DNA of 64,000 nt from an uncultured Desulfobacterales bacterium (GCA_964573615.1 CAZNKD010000035.1:6394-70393), one strand, 5' to 3'. Positions 8,941 through 19,923 are shown, numbered from the stretch's first letter. The notes: generated from the letters alone by a model not told the origin. Numbers and translations are program-made.

Positions 8941-8975
8941 GGGGCTGGCGGCTTTAGTGGCGTTCAGCCCCTTTT
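8941..8975 (+). terminator. hairpin plus T4 after tRNA-Pro
   Basis: Stem GGGGCTG/CAGCCCC (7 bp) followed by TTTT. Confidence 0.5.
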
Positions 8976-9019
8976 AATTGCAAAAATATACGAAATAATC
9001 CCAGGTTTTCAGGCAATTC

Positions 9020-9047
9020 TTGACAATTCTGCGGTTGTCTCTATATT
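9020..9047 (+). promoter_or_regulatory. sigma70-like promoter candidate for tRNA-Gly and the rimP operon
   Basis: Consensus TTGACA (9020-9025), 16-nt spacer, TATATT (9042-9047). Confidence 0.45.
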
Positions 9048-9137
9048 TATGGCACTGGATATTCGGCTTTACCAGCCGGCCCTAATTCTGTTGGGCCGGT
9101 ATCAGTCAGGCCCTTGGCCAGTAGAGTCGAAATAGAA

Positions 9138-9213
9138 GCGGGCGTAGCTCAGTTGGTAGAGTACAAGCTTCCCAAGCTTGGGGTCGCGGGTTCGAGGCCC
9201 GTCGCCCGCTCCA
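9138..9213 (+). tRNA. tRNA-Gly (anticodon CCC)
   Basis: Acceptor GCGGGCG/CGCCCGC, D-arm GCTCAGTTGGTAGAGT, anticodon stem CAAGC/GCTTG with loop TTCCCAA, T-loop TTCGAGG, encoded CCA. Confidence 0.9.
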
Positions 9214-9315
9214 TCCCTTTTTGAGGTTTGACTGCCTCTTCCCCCAGCGGGGACGGCAGGCAGTGCTTACTTCGATGAGTGGAGGTATAAAAAGTTTATA
9301 TCTTTATCTCTGTTG

Positions 9316-9343
9316 AAGTGGGCTCTGCCCACTTTATTTTTTT
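9316..9343 (+). terminator. rho-independent terminator/attenuator 7 nt upstream of the rimP start
   Basis: 8-bp stem AAGTGGGC/GCCCACTT, loop TCT, then TATTTTTTT. Confidence 0.7.
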
Positions 9344-9349
9344 GTAGAT

Positions 9350-9826
9350 ATGGCGATCAGGAGCAAGGAAAGAGCAAGGGCAGTGATAGATGCCGTAAGG
9401 GATCTGGTGGAGGATCTAATCGTGCATGAGGGCATGGAGTTGGTGAATGTGGAGTTCACCACAGGCCCTGGCGGCAATATCCTCCGGCTCACCATAGACA
9501 AGCCCGGTGGAGTCACCCTGGATGACTGCGTGGATATCAGCAGGACTGTGAGCGACATACTGGATGTGCATGACCCCATACCGGCATCGTACAACCTGGA
9601 GGTCTCATCGCCTGGCATAAACAGGCCTCTGGTCCGGCCTGCAGACTTTGAGCGTTTCAGCGGTGAAAAGGTATTCGTGAAGACCGAGGTGCCCTTTCGA
9701 TCCAGGAGACGCTTCAAGGGCATCCTGAGGGGGCGTCAGGACGATGCCGCTATCGTGGAGACCAGTGAAGAGACCTATGCCATACCCTTTGAGATCATTA
9801 CCAAGGCACGGCTTGATATCCTATAA
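9350..9826 (+). CDS. rimP: ribosome maturation factor RimP
   Basis: 158 aa in the conserved position directly upstream of nusA. RimP-like N-terminal and SH3-like layout (EVSSPGINRPL). Confidence 0.85.
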   Translation: MAIRSKERARAVIDAVRDLVEDLIVHEGMELVNVEFTTGPGGNILRLTIDKPGGVTLDDCVDISRTVSDILDVHDPIPASYNLEVSSPGINRPLVRPADFERFSGEKVFVKTEVPFRSRRRFKGILRGRQDDAAIVETSEETYAIPFEIITKARLDIL

Positions 9827-9847
9827 GCGAGCAGACAAGGAAAAGAG

Positions 9848-11347
9848 ATGGAAGTTGGACTCAAGAGAATCATCGATCAGGTAAGCAGGGAGAAGGGCCT
9901 TGAAAGAGAGGTCCTGATCCAGGCGCTGGAAGAGGCCATAGAATCTGCTGTAAAGAAGCGCTTCGGGCCCAAGATGGATGTCGAGGTGCGCTATGATGAC
10001 GTCACCGGCCAGCTCGAGGTCTTCCAGTTCAGGAATGTTGTGGAAGAGGTCAAGGACCCGCAGACCGAGATCTCCCTGGAGGAGGCCAGGAAACTGGATC
10101 CTGAATCCCAGCTTGGCGACAGTATAGGCACCAAGATGGACATGGAGACCCTTGGAAGGATCGCCGCCCAGTCCGCACGCCAGGTCATCATTCAGAAGAT
10201 GAAGACCGCTGAGCGGGATGTGATATATGACGAGTTCAAGGATCGTGAGGGCGAGATCGTAAACGGCATCGTTCAGCGTTTCGAGCGCGGAAACGTCATA
10301 GTGAATCTCGGCCGTACAGAGGCCATCCTGCCCTCGTCCGAGCAGATCCCAACAGAAAGCTACCGCAGGGGAGACCGGATCAGGGCCATGATCATAGAGG
10401 TCAGGAAGACCCAGAGAGACACCCAGATCATACTCTCCAGGACCCATCCCGACTTCCTCATCAAGCTCTTTGAGATCGAGGTGCCGGAGATCGCAGAGGG
10501 CATCGTCCAGATCATGGGTGTGGCGCGGGAGCCTGGAAGCCGTTCCAAGATCGCCGTCAGCTCCAGTGACATAGATGTGGACCCGGTTGGCGCCTGTGTC
10601 GGCATGAGGGGCTCGCGGGTCCAGGCCATAGTCCAGGAGCTGAGGGGCGAAAAGATAGATATCGTGCCCTGGAGTCCGGATCCGGCCAAATATGTCTACA
10701 ATGCCCTGTCTCCTGCCGAATGTACCCAGGTGACCGTGGATGAGGCCAATGAGGCCCTCGAGGTGATCGTACCGGATGATCAGCTCTCTCTGGCCATTGG
10801 CAGACAGGGACAAAACGTGCGCCTGGCTGCAAAGCTCATGGGCTGGAAGATCGACGTAAAGAGTGAGACCAGGCACAGAAACAGCCAGGATCCCAACTAC
10901 CAGGCCATGCTCAAGTATCTGGAGATGAGCGAGAACATAGCCGATCACCTCTTCAAGAAGGGTATCCGGACCATTGGACAGCTTGCCGAGGCGGATCCCG
11001 AGGAGTTGAGGAAGGATGCCATCCCATTCATCGAGGCGGCCAAGGAGCTCCTGGCAGAGCACCCAGAGCTTGCAAGCCTGAGTGAAGAGGAAGGTGAAGA
11101 GGGTTCGGACCTCGAAGAGCTTGGAGAGGCCGTACCTGAGGCCGATGAGAGCTCAGAGGAGCCCCTGGCCGAGGCAGCCGTAGAGGATGAAGGTGAAGAG
11201 GCTGCTTCCGAAGCCTCTTCGGAACAGGGGCTGCAGGAGGAGGGCCTTGAGGCAGAATCGGATACCTCTGGTGGTGATGAAGGACCTGAAGGTGAAGGCG
11301 AGGCCCTGCCAGCCCAAGAGCCGGAAAAGGAGCCTGTTTCCTCATAA
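9848..11347 (+). CDS. nusA: transcription termination/antitermination factor NusA with long acidic C-terminal tail
   Basis: 499 aa with NusA N-terminal, S1 and KH regions ([23 protein letters not shown]). The last ~90 aa are E/D/S/G-rich. Confidence 0.95.
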   Translation: MEVGLKRIIDQVSREKGLEREVLIQALEEAIESAVKKRFGPKMDVEVRYDDVTGQLEVFQFRNVVEEVKDPQTEISLEEARKLDPESQLGDSIGTKMDMETLGRIAAQSARQVIIQKMKTAERDVIYDEFKDREGEIVNGIVQRFERGNVIVNLGRTEAILPSSEQIPTESYRRGDRIRAMIIEVRKTQRDTQIILSRTHPDFLIKLFEIEVPEIAEGIVQIMGVAREPGSRSKIAVSSSDIDVDPVGACVGMRGSRVQAIVQELRGEKIDIVPWSPDPAKYVYNALSPAECTQVTVDEANEALEVIVPDDQLSLAIGRQGQNVRLAAKLMGWKIDVKSETRHRNSQDPNYQAMLKYLEMSENIADHLFKKGIRTIGQLAEADPEELRKDAIPFIEAAKELLAEHPELASLSEEEGEEGSDLEELGEAVPEADESSEEPLAEAAVEDEGEEAASEASSEQGLQEEGLEAESDTSGGDEGPEGEGEALPAQEPEKEPVSS

Positions 11348-11373
11348 GTGAGGAGATATTCCAGGCGATCGGG

Positions 11374-11679
11374 GTGTCAAGGCGGTCGAAGCACATTCCT
11401 GAAAGGACCTGCATACTTTGCGGTAGGAAGGCTCCAAAGACAGAGCTCGAAAGGCTGGTCGTCAGGAGAGAGGGTGAGGGCTGGATCGTGGTTGCAGACC
11501 GCAGGCAGACCTTGGCCGGACGAGGCGCCTATGTCTGTAGGCAGGGCGACTGTCTCGATAGGGCCCTGCAGGATACGGATAGATTTAAGGCCCATATTGA
11601 GAGGGCATTTAGAAAGAGACTCAAGAACTTGGATTTTCGGGGGTTAAGAGAAGGTAATGGCAAAGATAAGAGTGCATGA
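11374..11679 (+). CDS. ylxR: YlxR/RnpM (DUF448) family RNA-binding protein
   Basis: 101 aa with a GTG start. Motif [10 protein letters not shown]...GRGAYVC, in the conserved nusA-infB position. Confidence 0.85.
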   Translation: MSRRSKHIPERTCILCGRKAPKTELERLVVRREGEGWIVVADRRQTLAGRGAYVCRQGDCLDRALQDTDRFKAHIERAFRKRLKNLDFRGLREGNGKDKSA

Positions 11680-14650
11680 GCTTGCCAAAGAATTTGGAAT
11701 CTCCAGCAAGGAGATGGCCAGCCGCATCAAGGACATGGGCTATCCCATCAAGAACTATATGAGCACGCTGGAGGATTATGAGGCTGACGAGATCAGAAAG
11801 CGCATGAAGGAGGAGGGGGCAGGCTCCAAGGAGGGTGCAGAGGCAGAGCAGCCAAAGACCCAGACCATCATCAGGCGCAGGCGCAATGTGGTCAAGATAA
11901 AGAAGATCGTCATCAAGAAGACGGGAAAGCCCGAAGAAGAGGCCGAAAAGCCGGAACAGCCCGCTGAAGAGCAGGCAGAAGCAGCCGAAGCAAAGACCCC
12001 CGAAAGCCCCCTGAAACCTGCAGAGACCAAGGCTGAAGAGGCTCCGGAAAAATCCATCGAGCCCGAAGAGACGACAGGGCCGGAGGGCAAGGAGCAGCCT
12101 GAGACCGCCAAAAAGAGGGCGGCCGAGTCCAAGGTCAGGATAGTAAGGCCGGCAGAGAGGGAGCCGGGGCAGGAGACGGCGATCTCTGAAGAGGCGGCCG
12201 AAGAGGCAAGGGAGTCCCTTGCCGAGAAGAAGGCCGTCCTCGAGGTGGTAGAGCCGGAGGAGGCACCAGAAGAGGCCCCACCTGAAGATGTCCGTGAGAA
12301 AGAGGCCCTGGAAAAGGCCCCGGAAGAAAAGCCCCTTAAAGAAGAGGGCCTCAAGAAGGAGGCTGAGGTTGAAACGGCTACGGCCAAGAAGGGTCCGGAG
12401 ACAGCGGCAAAGGGAGCTGAGACAGCTGCCCCAGCCGAGCAGAAGGCAGCGGCCCCCAAGGCCAAGAAGCCAAAACAGCTTGTAAAGATCGTCGACCGAA
12501 AGATCGATATCTCGAAACACCTGGAAGCCAAGGCCAAGGCCCCTGCAAGATCAAAGGCTGCACCAAGGCCTGCCGCCAGGCCGGGGCGCAAACCCATGCC
12601 GGCAGAGCCTGCTGCGCCAGTGTCAGAGGCGGTTCCCCTCAAGGGCAAGAAGAAGGGCAAGCGCGTCGTCAAGGCGGCAGATCTTTCCATGGGCAAGCGC
12701 AGAAAGCCCGTGAAGAAGAAGGGCCGCAAGGAGACCATCCAGCAGATACTTGCCGAGGAGGCGGGTATATCGAGGGTGGGCAAGAAGTCGGCCAAGGCCA
12801 AGGCCAAGGAGGCGAGGGAACAGCAGCCCGCCGGTACCGCTCCCATCAAGGCCGAGAAGAGAAAGATCGTAATGACCGACACCATTCAGGTGAGCGAGTT
12901 TGCCAAGAAGATGGGAGTCAAGCTGAGCGACATCATCATGAAGCTCATGGGGCTTGGCGTCATGGTGACGGCAAATCAGACCATCGATTACGATACGGCT
13001 GTGATCGTGGCCTCCGAGTTTGGCTACGAGGTGGAGAGAAAGAGTGTGGCCGAGGACATAGTCCAGGAGGTCGAGGAGAAGGCCCCGGCAGGTGAGCCTG
13101 TTCCCAGGCCGCCTGTGGTCACTGTCATGGGCCATGTGGACCACGGAAAGACCACCCTGCTCGATGCCATACGCGACTCCGATGTGGCTGCTCGCGAGGC
13201 CGGTGGCATCACCCAGCACATCGGTGCCTATCAGGTGGAGCTGCCATCAGGTGACAAGGTCACCTTCATAGATACCCCGGGCCATGAGGCCTTTACCTCC
13301 ATGCGTGCCCGAGGCGCCCAGGTGACTGACATCATAATCCTGGTGGTTGCGGCAGATGACGGGGTCATGGCCCAGACCCGTGAGGCCATCGATCATGCCA
13401 GGGCTGCAAAGGTGCCCTTGATAGTGGCTGTGAACAAGATCGACAAGCCCGGCGCCAACCCCGATCGGGTAAAGACCGAGCTGTCCGAGCTGGGTCTCGT
13501 CCCCGAAGACTGGGGTGGAGATACCATATTCGTGAACATATCGGCCAAGAAGAAGATCGGCATCGACGAGCTCCTGGAACTCATGATCCTGCAGGCCGAG
13601 GTGCTGGAGCTCCAGGCCGATCCAAAGCGTCCGGCAAGGGGCCATGTCATCGAGTCCCGCCTGGACAAGGGCCGTGGCCCTGTGGCAACCGTCATCGTCC
13701 AGGAGGGAACCCTGAAGGTGGGAGATGCCCTGGTCTGTGGCCTCCATTACGGCAAGGTGCGGGCGATGATCAACGACAAGGGCGAAAAGGTCTCCGAGGC
13801 AGGTCCATCGACACCGGTGGAGATCCAGGGCCTTTCAGGTGTGCCGGAGGCCGGAAACGAGTTCATCGTGCTGCCAAACGAGAAAAAGGCGCGCGAGGTG
13901 GCCGAGTATCGCCAGAGAAAGGCGCGCGAGGCCGAACTCGCCAAGACCACCAGGGCGAGCCTGGAGAATCTCTTCGAGAAGATCCAGCAGGAGAAGCTCA
14001 AGACCCTGCATCTCATCATCAAGGCAGATGTGCAGGGCTCGCTGGAGGCCCTGTCGGATGCCCTTCGCAAGCTGTCCACGGACAAGATCAAGATCGACAT
14101 CGTCCGCGGCGGCATAGGCGCCATCACAGAGTCCGATGTGCTGCTCGCCTCGGCCTCAGATGCCATTATCATCGGCTTCAACGTAAAGCCCACGCCCAAG
14201 GCCAAGCAGCTGGCAGAACAGGAGCATGTGGAGATCCGTTTCTATGATGTCATCTACCACGCCCTGGAAGAGATAAAGAGCGCCATGGTGGGCATGCTTG
14301 AGCCGGTCTACAAGGAGGTTGCCCTTGGAAAGGCCGAGGTCAGGGAGACCTTCCGGATATCCAAGGTGGGTACCATTGCAGGCTGTTATGTGATTGAGGG
14401 TGTCATCAGGAGGAATGCCCAGTGCAGGCTCCTCAGGGACAACGTGGTGGTCTATACCGGCAAGATCGCATCCCTGCGCCGCTTCAAGGATGATGTGAAA
14501 GAGGTGCAGAGCGGCTATGAGTGCGGTATCGGCCTCGAGAACTTCAACGACATCAAGGTGGGCGATGTGATAGAGGCCTACGAGATGGAAGAGGTCGCCC
14601 CGGATCTTGGCCTTACCGAAGAGGAACAGGAGAACCAGAAGCAGGAGTAA
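11657..14650 (+). CDS. infB: translation initiation factor IF-2
   Basis: 997 aa starting [20 protein letters not shown]. Low-complexity K/E/A/P N-terminal region. GTPase motifs [24 protein letters not shown]. Confidence 0.97.
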   Translation: MAKIRVHELAKEFGISSKEMASRIKDMGYPIKNYMSTLEDYEADEIRKRMKEEGAGSKEGAEAEQPKTQTIIRRRRNVVKIKKIVIKKTGKPEEEAEKPEQPAEEQAEAAEAKTPESPLKPAETKAEEAPEKSIEPEETTGPEGKEQPETAKKRAAESKVRIVRPAEREPGQETAISEEAAEEARESLAEKKAVLEVVEPEEAPEEAPPEDVREKEALEKAPEEKPLKEEGLKKEAEVETATAKKGPETAAKGAETAAPAEQKAAAPKAKKPKQLVKIVDRKIDISKHLEAKAKAPARSKAAPRPAARPGRKPMPAEPAAPVSEAVPLKGKKKGKRVVKAADLSMGKRRKPVKKKGRKETIQQILAEEAGISRVGKKSAKAKAKEAREQQPAGTAPIKAEKRKIVMTDTIQVSEFAKKMGVKLSDIIMKLMGLGVMVTANQTIDYDTAVIVASEFGYEVERKSVAEDIVQEVEEKAPAGEPVPRPPVVTVMGHVDHGKTTLLDAIRDSDVAAREAGGITQHIGAYQVELPSGDKVTFIDTPGHEAFTSMRARGAQVTDIIILVVAADDGVMAQTREAIDHARAAKVPLIVAVNKIDKPGANPDRVKTELSELGLVPEDWGGDTIFVNISAKKKIGIDELLELMILQAEVLELQADPKRPARGHVIESRLDKGRGPVATVIVQEGTLKVGDALVCGLHYGKVRAMINDKGEKVSEAGPSTPVEIQGLSGVPEAGNEFIVLPNEKKAREVAEYRQRKAREAELAKTTRASLENLFEKIQQEKLKTLHLIIKADVQGSLEALSDALRKLSTDKIKIDIVRGGIGAITESDVLLASASDAIIIGFNVKPTPKAKQLAEQEHVEIRFYDVIYHALEEIKSAMVGMLEPVYKEVALGKAEVRETFRISKVGTIAGCYVIEGVIRRNAQCRLLRDNVVVYTGKIASLRRFKDDVKEVQSGYECGIGLENFNDIKVGDVIEAYEMEEVAPDLGLTEEEQENQKQE

Positions 14651-14940
14651 TGGTGGTGGCCGTAGCCAGGGTGCGGTTCCAGCTGGAGGCACGCTCCCTG
14701 AAGGGTAAGAGAAAGGTGGTAAAGAGCGTGGTGGAACGGGTTCGCAGCAGATACAATGTGGCCATCTCCGAGGTGGGGCTCCACGACGTGTGGCAGTCGG
14801 CGGAGATAGGCATCTGTGCTGTGGGAAACAGCGAGCCTGTGGTCTCCGGTGTCATGGAGAGGATAGTCACCTTTATGGAGAACAATTCCGAATGCGCCAT
14901 CATAGACTCCAGCCTTGAGATAATACACATGGGAAGATGA
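14650..14940 (+). CDS. DUF503 (YlxP-like) protein
   Basis: 96 aa. ATG 14650 overlaps the infB TAA by 1 nt (TAATG). Motif SLKGKRKVVKSVVERVRSRYNVAISEV. The upstream part of ORF 14521 lies inside infB and is rejected. Confidence 0.8.
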   Translation: MVVAVARVRFQLEARSLKGKRKVVKSVVERVRSRYNVAISEVGLHDVWQSAEIGICAVGNSEPVVSGVMERIVTFMENNSECAIIDSSLEIIHMGR

Positions 14941-15329
14941 TGGATTTTGAACTCTTTGAGGGCCTCAAGGGGCCAGGACGCTCATACTCCCGCTCGGAAC
15001 GGGTGGCAGATCTCCTGAAAGAGGAGGTGGCCGGGATGTTGCTGGCCGAGATCAAGGACCCGCGCGTCCAGGGCATGGTCACCATCATGAGCGTGCGGGT
15101 TACCAAGGACCTCAGACATGCCACCTTTGGTGTATCGGTCATGGGGGATGAAAAAAGCCAGAAACAAGCCATGGCCGGGCTGAGGAAGGCCTCTGGTTTC
15201 ATCCGCTTCACCCTTGGAAAGAGGCTCAAGATCAAACGCATCCCTGAGCTCCACTTCGAGATGGACAGATCCCTTGATGCCCAGGAGCATATCGAACTCC
15301 TGCTCAGAAAGATCCATGAAGAAGAATAG
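14937..15329 (+). CDS. rbfA: ribosome-binding factor A
   Basis: 130 aa with an ATGA overlap onto the previous stop. RbfA-like sequence RVADLLKEEVAGML...DPRV in the conserved position. Confidence 0.9.
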   Translation: MMDFELFEGLKGPGRSYSRSERVADLLKEEVAGMLLAEIKDPRVQGMVTIMSVRVTKDLRHATFGVSVMGDEKSQKQAMAGLRKASGFIRFTLGKRLKIKRIPELHFEMDRSLDAQEHIELLLRKIHEEE

Positions 15330-15332
15330 GTC

Positions 15333-16406
15333 ATGATGGGCGGGAAGGATCTCCAGAAGCGGCTTTCAAAGGCTGCGGCCATGATCTCGTCGGCAGATTC
15401 ACTGCTGGTGACTGCCCATCAGAGGCCAGACGGGGATGCCGTGGGTTCACTCCTGGGGCTGGCGTCCGCGCTGAAGGCCCAGGGCAGACGGGTGCTCTGT
15501 TACACCAATGATCCCATAAAGGCCAACTTTCGCTTTCTTCCCGGCTCGGATCAGATCTGTCATGAACTGCCAGACGATCTCTCTTCCATCGATACCCTGG
15601 TCATCCTCGACTGCCACGATCCCGAGAGGATCGGCCCTGAGGGCAGAAGGCTGGTCGAGGCCATCGGCAGGATATGTGTCTTGGATCATCACTTGGGGCA
15701 GGGGCTCTGCGGATCCGTAAGATCGGAGTGTGTCCAGGTGATAGAGACCTCTGCATGTGCCACAGGGGCCATCTGTCTGGGGCTGCTCGAGCTCCTTGGG
15801 TGGCCGGTCACCAGGGATGTGGCCACCTGCCTTTATACGGCCATAATGACCGATACCGGTGGATTCGCCTACAGCAACACCTCCTCCTTCACCTTTGAGG
15901 TGGCCAGGAAACTGGTGGAGAAGGGTGCTGATCCGTACAGGATCTCTGCCAATGTCTTCGAGACCAGGGCCCTTTCCCAGCTCAAGATGCTTGGAGAGGC
16001 GCTGTCCGGCCTGGAGACCTACTTTGGTGGCAGGTTCTCCCTGATGCAGGTTGGCCCTGAGATGTTCAAGAAGTGGGGATGCACCGAGTCCGATACCGAT
16101 GAATTCGTGGCCTATGCCAGATCCATAGACGGGGTGGAGATAGCGGCCCTCGTGAAGGAGTTCATCCCGGGGCGTGTATCAGTGAGCCTCAGATCGAAAT
16201 TTTTTGCCAATGTGGCTGCCCTTGCCGCTGAATTTGGTGGCGGAGGCCACTTCCATGCTGCAGGTTTCAAGACCAAGGGGAGCAGGCAGGATGTGATAGA
16301 GCAGCTCCTCAAGCGGGTAGAGGCATACCTCGATGGCGCACAGGCAGGAGCAGGAGGCAGCGTGCAGAGTGGTCATATAAGGGCAGCTGGCCAGGCCATC
16401 TGCTAA
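15333..16406 (+). CDS. DHH/DHHA1 phosphoesterase (NrnA-like oligoribonuclease/pAp phosphatase)
   Basis: 357 aa with HQRPDGDAVGS, LDHH and the DHHA1 motif GGGGHFHAAGF. Confidence 0.85.
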   Translation: MMGGKDLQKRLSKAAAMISSADSLLVTAHQRPDGDAVGSLLGLASALKAQGRRVLCYTNDPIKANFRFLPGSDQICHELPDDLSSIDTLVILDCHDPERIGPEGRRLVEAIGRICVLDHHLGQGLCGSVRSECVQVIETSACATGAICLGLLELLGWPVTRDVATCLYTAIMTDTGGFAYSNTSSFTFEVARKLVEKGADPYRISANVFETRALSQLKMLGEALSGLETYFGGRFSLMQVGPEMFKKWGCTESDTDEFVAYARSIDGVEIAALVKEFIPGRVSVSLRSKFFANVAALAAEFGGGGHFHAAGFKTKGSRQDVIEQLLKRVEAYLDGAQAGAGGSVQSGHIRAAGQAIC

Positions 16407-16428
16407 AGGGGGCCTATTAGGAACAACC

Positions 16429-17472
16429 ATGGGAATTGATGCAGCTGTCATAGCAATAGACAAGCCGGCCGGGCTCACCTCCTTCCAGGTGGTGAACCGG
16501 GTGAGGCGTATATTCGGGGTCAAGAAGGCAGGCCATACCGGCACGCTCGATCCTGCTGCCACGGGCCTTCTGGTGGTGTGCCTGGGCAGGGCCACAAGGC
16601 TTGCCCAGTTCATCACCCAGGGGGACAAGGTGTACGAGGGCACCCTCACCCTTGGGATCATGACCGACAGCTATGATGCAGAAGGTCAGATAGTGGAGAC
16701 CAGGCCCCTGCCGGATGGACTCAGCCGCGAGTCCATCGCCGAAATGGCGAGCCGGTTCATAGGCACCATAGAGCAGGCCCCGCCCCCCTTTTCTGCAGCA
16801 AAGCACAAGGGGGTGCCTCTTTACAAGCTTGCAAGAAAGGGGATCGAGATAAAAAAGGAGCCGAGGAAGGTGGAGGTGTTCAGCTTTGAGATCACCAGTG
16901 TCGATCTTCCCCATGTTGGTTTCAGGATCAACTGCTCCAAGGGTACATATATCCGCTCCATTGCCCATGATCTGGGCCAGCTCATTGGTTGCGGGGCAAT
17001 ACTTTCAGGCCTGCGCCGTACCAGGAGCGGCCATATAACCATCGAAGAGGCGGTCGGGCTCGAAGAGCTCAGGCAGCGAGTCGAAGAGGCTGGGCCTGCA
17101 GGGCTTGTCAGGCCGGTTGACTGGGCCCTTAGCCATGTACCGGGCATTCTGGTAAACAACCGCGACGCCCTCAAACTGGTGCAGGGTCAGGGTATGACCA
17201 GTGCCAGATTGCAGCACTATCTTGAAGAGCAGGCCCCAGCGCTCTTGCAGGCAAGGCCGGAGGTGCTCAGGATCATGGCCCTGAACAGGGAGAAGAAACC
17301 TATCCTTGCCGGGCTCGTGGCTTGGCCCGAGGATGATTTCAGGACCCCGAGTCTCGTGAAGGTGATGAGGGTCTGGGCCTCGCCTGCCGATATACCCACC
17401 CCAACAGACAGATCTGCCCGGGCCGCGATTCCGGGCTCAGAGATAGACAGGAAAAAGAGATTAATTTCATAA
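16429..17472 (+). CDS. truB: tRNA pseudouridine(55) synthase
   Basis: 347 aa with the catalytic motif GHTGTLDPAATGLL and a PUA-like C-terminus. Confidence 0.95.
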   Translation: MGIDAAVIAIDKPAGLTSFQVVNRVRRIFGVKKAGHTGTLDPAATGLLVVCLGRATRLAQFITQGDKVYEGTLTLGIMTDSYDAEGQIVETRPLPDGLSRESIAEMASRFIGTIEQAPPPFSAAKHKGVPLYKLARKGIEIKKEPRKVEVFSFEITSVDLPHVGFRINCSKGTYIRSIAHDLGQLIGCGAILSGLRRTRSGHITIEEAVGLEELRQRVEEAGPAGLVRPVDWALSHVPGILVNNRDALKLVQGQGMTSARLQHYLEEQAPALLQARPEVLRIMALNREKKPILAGLVAWPEDDFRTPSLVKVMRVWASPADIPTPTDRSARAAIPGSEIDRKKRLIS

Positions 17473-17487
17473 AGGAGGAATTTAGTT

Positions 17488-17757
17488 GTGGCTTTAGATC
17501 CAGAACGTAAAAAGGAGATCATCGAGCGTTTCAAGACCCACAGCACCGATACGGGTTCACCTGAGGTGCAGATAGCGCTTTTGACCACCAGGATTCAGGA
17601 GCTCACCGAGCACTTCAAGGTGCACAAGAAGGATCACTCATCGAGGCGCGGGCTTCTCAAGCTGGTAGGCCAGAGAAGGCGCCTTCTGGAATACCTGAAG
17701 AGCAGGGATATCGAGCGTTACCGCAAGATCATCGGAGAGCTTGGCCTAAGAAAGTAA
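17488..17757 (+). CDS. rpsO: 30S ribosomal protein S15
   Basis: 89 aa with a GTG start. Sequence [33 protein letters not shown]. Confidence 0.95.
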   Translation: MALDPERKKEIIERFKTHSTDTGSPEVQIALLTTRIQELTEHFKVHKKDHSSRRGLLKLVGQRRRLLEYLKSRDIERYRKIIGELGLRK

Positions 17758-17844
17758 AAAGCTACATAATAGATGATCACGGGGCGGTCTTGTGCCGCCT
17801 GACCAAAAAGAACTACAGGAGCAAACAGGGCAAAGAGAGCAATA

Positions 17845-19923
17845 ATGTATAGAGTAGAGACAGAAATAAACGGATTTCCATTCGTAATGGAGACCGGCAG
17901 GCTTGCCAAGCAGGCCAACGGTGCGGTCAAGGCAAGCTTTGGGGAGACGGTAGTGATGGCTACCGCAGTGACCTCGGGCCAGCCCAGGGAGGGGATAGAC
18001 TTCTTGCCCCTCATGGTGGATTATCAGGAGATGTACTACAGCTCGGGGCGTATCCCTGGCAACTACTTCAGGCGTGAGATCGGAAGGCCCAGCGAGAAGG
18101 AGGTGCTCTCCTCCCGCTTCATAGACAGGCCGCTCAGGCCCCGATTCCCCAAGGGATACAACTATGACACACAGATCATCGCCTCTGCCCTGTCGGTGGA
18201 TCCGGAGATAGATGCCGACGTAATCGCCATCACAGCGGCATCTGCAGCGCTCTGTGTATCGGACATCCCCTTTGATGGCCCCATTGCGGGTGTCCGTGTC
18301 GGCAGGGTCGATGGCAAATTCATCGTGAATCCCACCAGGAGCCAGCTCCTGGAATCCGACATGAACCTCATCATAGCAGGTTCCAGGGATGCCGTGGTCA
18401 TGGTGGAGGGGCATGCCTCGATACTGCCGGAAGAGGATATCCTGGAGGCTATCATGTTTGCCCAAGAGGCCCTGCAGCCCCTCATAGATCTCCAGCTGGA
18501 GCTCATGGAGAAGGCTGGAAAGCCCAAATTCCAGGTCCCTGAGCCTGAAAAGGACGAGGAGTTGGAGGCCAAGGTGCGGCAGCTCGCGACCGAACGCATG
18601 GATCAGGCCATCAGGATCCCTGACAAGATGGAGCGCAATCATGCCAAGAAGCTCCTGAAGGAAGAGGTGATCCAGAAGCTCAGCGAGATCATGCCCGACA
18701 GGGAGAAGGAGATCTCCTCCGTTCTGAAGGAGCTCGAAAAGGAGCTCATGAGGAAGATCATCCTCAAGGAGAGAAAACGGATAGATGGAAGGGCCTTTGA
18801 CGAGATAAGGCCGATAGAGTGCTCTGTGGGAGAGCTCCCCCGCACCCACGGCTCTTCAGTGTTCACCCGTGGGGAGACACAGGTGCTGGCGGTGGCCACC
18901 CTGGGCAGCCAGGAGGATGAACAGCGGATCGAATCCCCTGCTGGACAGGAGTTCAAGCACTTCATCCTACACTACAACTTCACCCCCTTCAGTGTGGGTG
19001 AGGTGCGGCCCCTGCGCGGCCCCGCCCGCAGAGACATAGGACATGGTGCCCTGGCTGAGAGGGCGCTTGCAGCAGTGATGCCGCTTCCTGAGGACTTTCT
19101 CTATACGGTCCGTGTGGTCTCCGAGGTGCTGGAGTCCAATGGTTCCTCCTCCATGGCCACGGTCTGCGGCGGCTGCCTTGCCATGATGGATGCAGGGATT
19201 CCCATAAGGGACATCGTGGCAGGTATTGCCATGGGACTGATCCTGGATGAGGAGTCGGCAGAGGCGATCATCCTGTCCGACATCCTTGGTGATGAGGATC
19301 ACCTGGGGGACATGGACTTCAAGGTGGCTGGCACGCCTGAGGGGATCACCGCCCTCCAGATGGATATAAAGGTCTCTGGTATCTCACGCCAGATCATAAG
19401 CGATGCCCTGAAGCAGGCGAAGAAGGGGCGCGATTTCATCATCTCCAAGATGCAGGAAGTGCTTCCTGGCCCCAGGAAAGAGCTGTCCAAGTATGCGCCA
19501 CGCCTTACCGATCTCCAGATAAAGCCGGAGAAGATCAAGGACCTCATCGGCCCCGGAGGCAAGACCATCAAGGGGATCATCTCGGATACCGGGGTAAAGA
19601 TCGATATCGACGATACCGGAACAGTCCATGTATTTTCAGCCTCTCCCGAGGCGGCTGACAAGGCCATTGCCAAGATACAGGAGATAACCCGGGAGCCCGA
19701 GATCGGCGAGGTCTTCGAGGGTGTGGTCAAGCGCATCGAAAACTACGGGGCGTTCATAGAGATCCTGCCCGGCAGGGATGGTCTGCTCCACATCTCCCAG
19801 ATCGACAAGAAGAGGGTGGAGAACGTACGCGACTACTTCAAGGAGGGCGACCGGGTCAAGGTGAAGGTGATCGACATCGACAATCAGAACCGCATAAAAC
19901 TCTCGAGAAAGGTATTGCTCTAG
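17845..19923 (+). CDS. pnp: polyribonucleotide nucleotidyltransferase (PNPase)
   Basis: 692 aa with two RNase PH domains followed by KH (GPGGKTIKGI) and S1 (GEVFEGVVKRIENYGAFIE). Confidence 0.97.
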   Translation: MYRVETEINGFPFVMETGRLAKQANGAVKASFGETVVMATAVTSGQPREGIDFLPLMVDYQEMYYSSGRIPGNYFRREIGRPSEKEVLSSRFIDRPLRPRFPKGYNYDTQIIASALSVDPEIDADVIAITAASAALCVSDIPFDGPIAGVRVGRVDGKFIVNPTRSQLLESDMNLIIAGSRDAVVMVEGHASILPEEDILEAIMFAQEALQPLIDLQLELMEKAGKPKFQVPEPEKDEELEAKVRQLATERMDQAIRIPDKMERNHAKKLLKEEVIQKLSEIMPDREKEISSVLKELEKELMRKIILKERKRIDGRAFDEIRPIECSVGELPRTHGSSVFTRGETQVLAVATLGSQEDEQRIESPAGQEFKHFILHYNFTPFSVGEVRPLRGPARRDIGHGALAERALAAVMPLPEDFLYTVRVVSEVLESNGSSSMATVCGGCLAMMDAGIPIRDIVAGIAMGLILDEESAEAIILSDILGDEDHLGDMDFKVAGTPEGITALQMDIKVSGISRQIISDALKQAKKGRDFIISKMQEVLPGPRKELSKYAPRLTDLQIKPEKIKDLIGPGGKTIKGIISDTGVKIDIDDTGTVHVFSASPEAADKAIAKIQEITREPEIGEVFEGVVKRIENYGAFIEILPGRDGLLHISQIDKKRVENVRDYFKEGDRVKVKVIDIDNQNRIKLSRKVLL

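Noticed and set aside
8857-9135. 92-aa plus-strand ORF
   Set aside because: It starts inside tRNA-Pro(GGG) and runs through the terminator and promoter region up to tRNA-Gly, so it is an artefact.
9821-11062. 413-aa ORF on the minus strand
   Set aside because: It is entirely antisense to nusA, which has unmistakable conserved motifs. This is a typical long shadow ORF in GC-rich DNA, and its translation has no recognisable motif.
11621-12885. Minus-strand ORFs of 299 and 369 aa with repetitive L/G/R- or S/A-rich translations
   Set aside because: They are antisense to the low-complexity K/E/A/P-rich N-terminal region of infB. The repetitiveness reflects that region and not a separate gene or mobile repeat.
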